A stretch of 64,000 bases of DNA from assembly GCA_022449765.1 (NCBI GenBank), contig JAKUPZ010000008.1, positions 21,880 to 85,879 of the forward strand, read 5' to 3'. Position 1 is the first letter of the stretch. Every line of letters starts with the position of its first letter. Positions 58,276 to 64,000 of this stretch are shown here, one piece after another. Made by a program: the position numbers and the translations under genes. The notes below the pieces were generated by a model. That model ran no database searches. It saw nothing but the letters and a program-made list of their open reading frames with translations, and was not told where the DNA came from. Source of the stretch: Dehalococcoidia bacterium. Its GTDB lineage: Bacteria > Chloroflexota > Dehalococcoidia > Lucifugimonadales > Australimonadaceae.

Positions 58276-59508
58276 ATGAGTACAATTGACTCAAATACCC
58301 TGCGCAAAATTACTCGTAGGGGCGTAGCTGAAATCATTCCCGAAAATGATTTCATTAAACGGCTAAATGAGGGCACGCCATTACGCCTGAAAATGGGCTT
58401 TGACCCTAGCAAACCTGATTTACATTTAGGGCACGTGGTAGGACTGAAAAAATTACGCCAACTCCAAGATTTAGGTCATGAGCTCACGCTAATAGTTGGA
58501 GATTGGACTGCGCAAATTGGGGATCCTTCGGGTCAATCAGACACTCGATCAATGCTCACTGCATCTGAAGTTCAGCAAAACGCCGAAACATACATGCAGC
58601 AATTTTTCAAAATTGTGGATCCTGAAAAAACTAAAGCCGTATACCAAAGCGAATGGTTTGGAAATTTTTCTCTTACAGATGTAATTAGGCTTACTTCGTT
58701 CTTTACAGTTAATCAATTTCTGCATCGCGATGACTTCTCTAAACGTTATGCAACCCAAAAGCCTATTGCAGTAACCGAGTTGTTGTACCCTCTCCTTCAG
58801 GCCTATGACTCCGTAGCAATAAAAGCAGACGTAGAATTCGGTGGCACTGATCAGCTCTTCAATCTTATGGTAGGAAGAGAACTGCAAGAAAAAATGGGAC
58901 AGGATCCACAAATCGTGTTCTTAATGCCGATTCTACCTGGCACAGATGGGGTTCGAAGAATGGGTAAATCTCTCAATAATTATATAGCGATTGAAGATTC
59001 TCCGAAGGATATGTTCGGTAAAATAATGTCACTACCCGACGAAGTAATTCCTTTGTATTTTGAACTGTTGACAGATCTACCGGAACCTGAACTCGAACAC
59101 CTAACTACTTCAATAGAACTGCACACTGAAAACCCTATGGACTTCAAAAAGAAACTCGGGGTTGAAATGGTCTCTTGGTTCCATTCCCCTGAAGCCGCCA
59201 TTACTGCCAATGCAGAATTCGAAAGAGTGATACAAAGAGGACAAGAACCTGAAGAAATTCCTGAGGTTTCTATTGCCGAGATTGCAAATTCAATCAGAGA
59301 TCAAAATGCTGATGGCGTCTTGGTTGATGTACTGGATCTCTTAGTTATTACCTCCCTTGCTAAAAGCAAAAGTGAAGCCCGGCGCTTAATGTCACAGAAT
59401 GCGATTGAGATTGACGGTGAAAGAGCATCGGAGGAAACATCTTTCGTCCGCTTTGGATCCATCATTCGCGCTGGGAGACGACGCTTCGTTCGTGTAGTCA
59501 ATACTTGA
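58276..59508 (+). CDS. tyrS: Tyrosine--tRNA ligase
   Basis: Class I HIGH (DLHLGH), a KMSKS-like motif (RMGKS), and a C-terminal S4 domain (SKSEARRLMSQNAIEIDG). Confidence 0.9.
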   Translation: MSTIDSNTLRKITRRGVAEIIPENDFIKRLNEGTPLRLKMGFDPSKPDLHLGHVVGLKKLRQLQDLGHELTLIVGDWTAQIGDPSGQSDTRSMLTASEVQQNAETYMQQFFKIVDPEKTKAVYQSEWFGNFSLTDVIRLTSFFTVNQFLHRDDFSKRYATQKPIAVTELLYPLLQAYDSVAIKADVEFGGTDQLFNLMVGRELQEKMGQDPQIVFLMPILPGTDGVRRMGKSLNNYIAIEDSPKDMFGKIMSLPDEVIPLYFELLTDLPEPELEHLTTSIELHTENPMDFKKKLGVEMVSWFHSPEAAITANAEFERVIQRGQEPEEIPEVSIAEIANSIRDQNADGVLVDVLDLLVITSLAKSKSEARRLMSQNAIEIDGERASEETSFVRFGSIIRAGRRRFVRVVNT

Positions 59509-59554
59509 CGCATCTTTCATAATGTAACTAAGTCAATGCCAAAAGGCGGAAGTC

Positions 59555-60730
59555 ATGCTCACCAAAGAGGAAAATGAATTACTTACGCAAGTTGGACCCG
59601 GAACTCCTGCAGGTACCCTTTTGCGCAGATATTGGTACCCTGTTTCGCTTGCACAAGATATTACCGACGATTCACCTACGAAATTTGTTCGAGTATTAGG
59701 TGAAGACCTAGTAATATTCAAAGATAAGTCTGGGCGCCTTGGATTACTCGCTGACAAATGCTCGCACAGAAATGCATCTTTGGTTTATGGTCGAGTAGAG
59801 GAAAGAGGGATTTCCTGTGCCTACCATGGCTGGCTCTATGACTGTGAAGGAAATATCCTCGAAACGCCTCCTGAAATTAACGAAGCCATTACAAAATCCG
59901 TAAAACAAAGGGCCTATAAAATTAAAGAACATATAGGTCTACTGTTCGCCTATCTTGGGCCCGACCCTGCACCACCTCTACCACCGTATGACACCATGTT
60001 CAGAAAAGATGGAACTAGAATGGTAAGGGTTCATCCTCCACTTAACTGTAACTGGTTCCAGGCCATGGAAAATTCTATGGATCCGGCTCACCTACAAGTT
60101 CTCCATCAGGAATTCATAGGAAGAGGACGTGAACCAGTTAACACAACCCGTGGATATACGGACGATGTAGAAGATTTCATTTTCTCCATGACTGACTATG
60201 GCGGGCTTATGAAAAAACGAACCTACAAAAATGGAATGGTTGACCAGCACCCTGTCCTCTTTCCAAACATTCTTAGGCAGGGTTCAAGTACCCAATTCAG
60301 AACACCTATTGATGATACCCATACACTCCACATTCGCATGCATTTTTATCCAAATGCAGACGGGAGTGAGGATCCAAATGCATTTGATCCCGAGATTCTA
60401 ATCGACCCCCCTAATAAAACTGATCCTGAAAAAGATCATCCTTTTACAAAATTCATCCTCCACGACGTAAATTCACAGGACCAAATGGCATGGGAAACCC
60501 AAGGTCCAATCACTGACAGGACCGCGGAGCATCTTAGTTATTCAGATCGTGGCGTGGTAATGCTACGGAGAATTATGAAAGAGCAAATACAGCTAGTGCA
60601 CGAAGGGAAAGACCCTATAGGAGTTTTCAGAGACGCTAGTCATCCGATCATCGATACTAATGTTGACGAAGGGGTTGCACAGATCACGAGTAATCGATCA
60701 CCAGAAGCCTCCATCGTCGATAATAAATAA
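59555..60730 (+). CDS. Rieske (2Fe-2S) non-heme iron oxygenase, alpha-subunit type
   Basis: Rieske motif CSHRN..x17..CAYHGW and the mononuclear iron motif NSMDPAHLQVLH. Confidence 0.85.
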   Translation: MLTKEENELLTQVGPGTPAGTLLRRYWYPVSLAQDITDDSPTKFVRVLGEDLVIFKDKSGRLGLLADKCSHRNASLVYGRVEERGISCAYHGWLYDCEGNILETPPEINEAITKSVKQRAYKIKEHIGLLFAYLGPDPAPPLPPYDTMFRKDGTRMVRVHPPLNCNWFQAMENSMDPAHLQVLHQEFIGRGREPVNTTRGYTDDVEDFIFSMTDYGGLMKKRTYKNGMVDQHPVLFPNILRQGSSTQFRTPIDDTHTLHIRMHFYPNADGSEDPNAFDPEILIDPPNKTDPEKDHPFTKFILHDVNSQDQMAWETQGPITDRTAEHLSYSDRGVVMLRRIMKEQIQLVHEGKDPIGVFRDASHPIIDTNVDEGVAQITSNRSPEASIVDNK

Positions 60731-62410
60731 TTACATAGTCTCGGGAGCGTTCATTCCCATAATCTGCAGAGTTCGCGACAATGCTATTTTTGCCGATTCA
60801 ACTAATTTCAATCGGGCTTTCATCATTGGCTCATCATCAGGGTCACTGGACAATACTCTGCAATGATCGTAGAACCCATGAAAAGCAGTCGCTAATTCAA
60901 TTGAGTAGTGCGGTAAAGCATGCGGTGCCAGTGTTATAGCAATGGTGTCGATGATTTCGGGGAGCTGCAACATTTTCTTAAGCAGTTGTAATTCTGCGTC
61001 ATCTTGAAGAAGCGAAACATCTCCATCCTGCCAATCAATTCGACGATCAGAAGCCTGTTGCAAAATACCTGCAATCCGAGCATGGGCATACTGGACATAG
61101 AAAACAGGGTTTTCGCTCGATTCACGCTTGGCTAGCTCTAAATCAAATTCCATCTGGCTTTCAGCAGCTCTTGCTAAAAAGAAATACCGGCATGCATCCG
61201 GACCAACCTCTTCTACTAAATCTGCCAAAGTAACTATCTGGCCAGTACGCTTAGAGGCCCGGACAATATCACCTCCACTCTTAAGCGTAACAAGCTGAGC
61301 AATAAGAATCGTCAATCGTTCAGGATCAAGTTCCAATGCTTTCATGACAGCCTTCATTCTTGGAACATGCCCCTGATGGTCTGCGCCCCATATATTTATA
61401 ACTTGGTTAAAATCACGTCCTATAAATTTATCTCTGTGATACGCAATGTCCGAGGCGAAATATGTTGGGGCACCGGAGGTTCTTACAATAACATTATCTT
61501 TTTCATCACCCAGAGCAGTCGAAGTAAACCATTCAGCTCCGTCGTGGATCTCAGTTAATCCACGCCCCCTAAGATAATTGATTGCTGCCTCGTACTTCCC
61601 GTCCTCATAAAGAGTTTTTTCTCGAAACCAAACATCGAAATTAACCCCGATGCGCTCTAGATCCACTCCTATCACCTGAAGCATCAAATTCAGTGCTTCC
61701 TCACCTAATTCAGCGATTGCCTTCTGCTCATCCATCTTTAAGAATTTATCTTCGTATTTTTCAGCAAGCTTTTCACCTAGCTCAACAAGATAAGCACCTT
61801 GGTATCCATTCTCGGGAATACCAATATCCGTACGTCCTCTTGCCTGTGCATAGCGAGCAAAAGTTGAGCTATAAAATAGTTCCATCTGTGTACCCGCATC
61901 GTTCACGTAATACTCACGAGTTACATCAAATCCAGCAGCGCTCAGAGCATTTGCGAGTGCACTTCCAAGTACTGCCCCACGAGCATGTCCCACATGCACT
62001 GGCCCTGTTGGGTTAACTGAAACAAATTCAACCTGTACCGAACGACCTTTACCCGTATCGGTATTCCCAAATACCTCTGCTTGGTCGCGAATTTTTTCTA
62101 CCTGTTCCTGAAGCCAATCAGAGCTAAGCTTGAAATTAATAAAACCCGGGGGCGCGACAAAAACTGCACCTACGCATCCTCCGATTTCAAAAGAATCGGC
62201 GATGATTTGAGCGATTTCCAAAGGCGGTTTCTTTACTGATTTTGCCACTCTTAGCGGAAAGCTTGAGGCAAAGTCACCATTTTCTGATTTTTGGGGACGT
62301 TCCACTAAGCCAGTGCCTGGAATCTCAAGATCTGACTGAATTAAGCTCTGATTCTGTGCTTTATGGATGGCATCTTTAAGCCGAGTTGCAATTGTATCTC
62401 TAACTAGCAT
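60731..62410 (-). CDS. argS: Arginine--tRNA ligase
   Basis: Class I HIGH-type motif (NPTGPVHVGHARG), a DALR anticodon-binding domain, and a C-terminal M. Confidence 0.95.
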   Translation of the reverse strand: MLVRDTIATRLKDAIHKAQNQSLIQSDLEIPGTGLVERPQKSENGDFASSFPLRVAKSVKKPPLEIAQIIADSFEIGGCVGAVFVAPPGFINFKLSSDWLQEQVEKIRDQAEVFGNTDTGKGRSVQVEFVSVNPTGPVHVGHARGAVLGSALANALSAAGFDVTREYYVNDAGTQMELFYSSTFARYAQARGRTDIGIPENGYQGAYLVELGEKLAEKYEDKFLKMDEQKAIAELGEEALNLMLQVIGVDLERIGVNFDVWFREKTLYEDGKYEAAINYLRGRGLTEIHDGAEWFTSTALGDEKDNVIVRTSGAPTYFASDIAYHRDKFIGRDFNQVINIWGADHQGHVPRMKAVMKALELDPERLTILIAQLVTLKSGGDIVRASKRTGQIVTLADLVEEVGPDACRYFFLARAAESQMEFDLELAKRESSENPVFYVQYAHARIAGILQQASDRRIDWQDGDVSLLQDDAELQLLKKMLQLPEIIDTIAITLAPHALPHYSIELATAFHGFYDHCRVLSSDPDDEPMMKARLKLVESAKIALSRTLQIMGMNAPETM

Positions 62411-62444
62411 TCCCTAATGATATCAGTGTGTACCTATTATTAAT

Positions 62445-63560
62445 CTACCCTGCTATCACACCCATTACATTAGTTGTATATCGATCGATAGCTTCATAGT
62501 CTAATTCAATGCCTAAGCCAGGCACGTGAGGAACAGTAATATGTCCCCGAACAGGTATCATGGGGTTCAGCAATAGATCACTCTCTAGTCTCGTTCCTGT
62601 TCCTAAACTTGCTGCACTTGCCTTCCCCAAAGAGGTGGACAAATGTAGTCCTGCGGCCAATCCAATCCCAGTCTCTAATGAGGAAGCAACAGTAGACCGC
62701 AAATTATTCTGTGCGGCATAAAGCATAATTGCCTGCGCATGCCTGATACCTCCAGCCTTCGCAGCCTTGACCACCAAAACGTCAGCTGCACCAGCTGAAA
62801 CTACCTTCTGTGCATCTGCCAAGGTTCCCACCACTTCATCTGCAGCAATGGGGACTTCTGTTGAATTTCTAATTCTGGCCAAACCACTAAGGTCCTCTGC
62901 AATCACAGGCTGTTCAAGAAACTCTAAGCCAAATGGTTGTAATCGCTCGACGGTATAAAGTGCTCGCTCTGTAGTCCATCCCTCATCCGCATCTGCCCTT
63001 ATCGCAATTTCATCCCCAACAGCAGAACGTATCTGCTTTATTACTTCCACATCCATATCGGGATCCCGGAATCCCAGAGATGCCTTAATGCACTCATACC
63101 CTCTTTCTACCGCGTTGCGTGCCTGAATTGCAGCTTCTTCAGGGTTCATAAAATCCAAGAGAGCAACCATCGGAACCCAATCAATTACACCGCCCAATAA
63201 GTCAGTAATTGGCCGTCCGGCATTTTTACCCATCGCATCAAATGCGGCTGTTTCAAGCCCAAATCTGAGTGCATCACCAGCATTACTCCGAGGCGCAAGT
63301 GCTGCCAAAACATCAAAGGCTATTGCAGGATGTAAACCTAACGCAGAGGGAGCTAATTCATGAAGGATTTCTGCCACTTCTGCAATTCGAGGAGGTCGCC
63401 CGGGACCTATGGGAGCAGCTTCTCCAAACCCAACTACCCCGTTATCCATATGCATCCAAATAATAAGGGCATTACGTCCGGCTTTACGAGGGTCGATGGC
63501 TAAGTCTAGATCCCGTAAGGGGATACGGACACCTCTCCATTCGAGTTTAACAATGTACAT
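62445..63560 (-). CDS. Enolase-superfamily enzyme (mandelate racemase / muconate lactonizing / dipeptide epimerase-like)
   Basis: Capping plus barrel pattern with metal-ligand contexts (RADADEGW, LEQP, AADE). Confidence 0.8.
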   Translation of the reverse strand: MYIVKLEWRGVRIPLRDLDLAIDPRKAGRNALIIWMHMDNGVVGFGEAAPIGPGRPPRIAEVAEILHELAPSALGLHPAIAFDVLAALAPRSNAGDALRFGLETAAFDAMGKNAGRPITDLLGGVIDWVPMVALLDFMNPEEAAIQARNAVERGYECIKASLGFRDPDMDVEVIKQIRSAVGDEIAIRADADEGWTTERALYTVERLQPFGLEFLEQPVIAEDLSGLARIRNSTEVPIAADEVVGTLADAQKVVSAGAADVLVVKAAKAGGIRHAQAIMLYAAQNNLRSTVASSLETGIGLAAGLHLSTSLGKASAASLGTGTRLESDLLLNPMIPVRGHITVPHVPGLGIELDYEAIDRYTTNVMGVIAG

Positions 63561-63601
63561 TGGGGCTAATTATGCCTTAATCATTTTAAAATACCATGTC
63601 A

Positions 63602-64000
63602 TTAGGCATTTTCCTCAGCTACTGTGTTCATGTAGCGAGATACCGACTCTTTTAATTTCGGAAGTAGTTCAAGCTGTCTACTATTTGAAAATAAATTGCT
63701 CGCCTGTTCTTTAGAAGCCGACAGCAACTCCCTATCCTGGAGAGAGGCCATTCTTAAAGTGGGTAGACCAGATTGCCTAGTACCAAAAAAATCTCCTGGC
63801 CCACGCAAGCTCAAGTCGGCCTCCGCGATTTCAAATCCATCATTTGTTCTTACAAGAACTTCAAGTCGTTTTCGTGAATCGTCAGATAGTGTTTCAGACA
63901 ACAGGAAACAATAACTCTGGTGCTCGCCACGACCAACTCGGCCTCTGAGCTGATGTAACTGTGCAAGACCAAATCTGTCTGCACCCAAAATCATCATCAC
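63602..64000 (-). CDS. recG: ATP-dependent DNA helicase RecG, C-terminal fragment (continues beyond the window)
   Basis: Helicase motif VI (LHQLRGRVGRG) and the RecG C-terminal region (GTRQSGLP). Confidence 0.88.
   Translation of the reverse strand: MMMILGADRFGLAQLHQLRGRVGRGEHQSYCFLLSETLSDDSRKRLEVLVRTNDGFEIAEADLSLRGPGDFFGTRQSGLPTLRMASLQDRELLSASKEQASNLFSNSRQLELLPKLKESVSRYMNTVAEENA

Overview
This 64 kb window is a densely packed, AT-leaning bacterial chromosomal segment. I call about 63 protein-coding genes, nearly all core housekeeping. They cover translation (hisS, serS, lysS, tyrS, argS, prfA-prmC, rpsT, rpmE, rplU-rpmA), DNA metabolism (gyrA, recN, recG fragment, holB, lexA), the stringent response (rel) and chaperones (groES-groEL). 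They also cover polyamine synthesis (speH-speE), a complete ilvBNC-leuACDB branched-chain operon, thrB-lysC, lysA and trpA-aroH-DAHP synthase, plus a few accessory-looking redox and CoA genes: an acyl-CoA ligase with two crotonases, a PrpD-family protein, an LLM flavin oxidoreductase, a Rieske oxygenase and a membrane HdrD-like Fe-S protein. I saw no rRNA, tRNA, CRISPR array, transposase, integrase or prophage signature. Three cis-regulatory elements typical of Firmicutes and other Terrabacteria can be read directly. These are a CGAAC-N4-GTTC SOS box at lexA, a CIRCE inverted repeat before groES, and a T-box leader with a CUC (Leu) specifier before ilvB. Together with the LLM, Rieske and MBL gene content, this fits a Chloroflexota-like (possibly marine SAR202/Dehalococcoidia-like) genome, but the window alone cannot prove that. 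I did not find a convincing new multi-gene system such as a defence island. The most interesting items are modest. They are an uncharacterised three-gene operon (Pta-N-terminal-like DRTGG protein, C26 amidotransferase, zinc-ribbon membrane protein) upstream of gyrA; a possible TPR-HIRAN fusion protein; and an alternating CG tract where the gyrA -35 element should be. Others are an acyl-CoA ligase whose conserved N-terminus has no canonical start codon; a degenerate tandem zinc-ribbon mini-protein; a trypsin-fold lipoprotein that seems to lack the catalytic His; and a recurring pattern of convergent genes sharing overlapping stop codons (TTAA). All product calls rest on motif recognition and memory of protein families. 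No similarity search was run.
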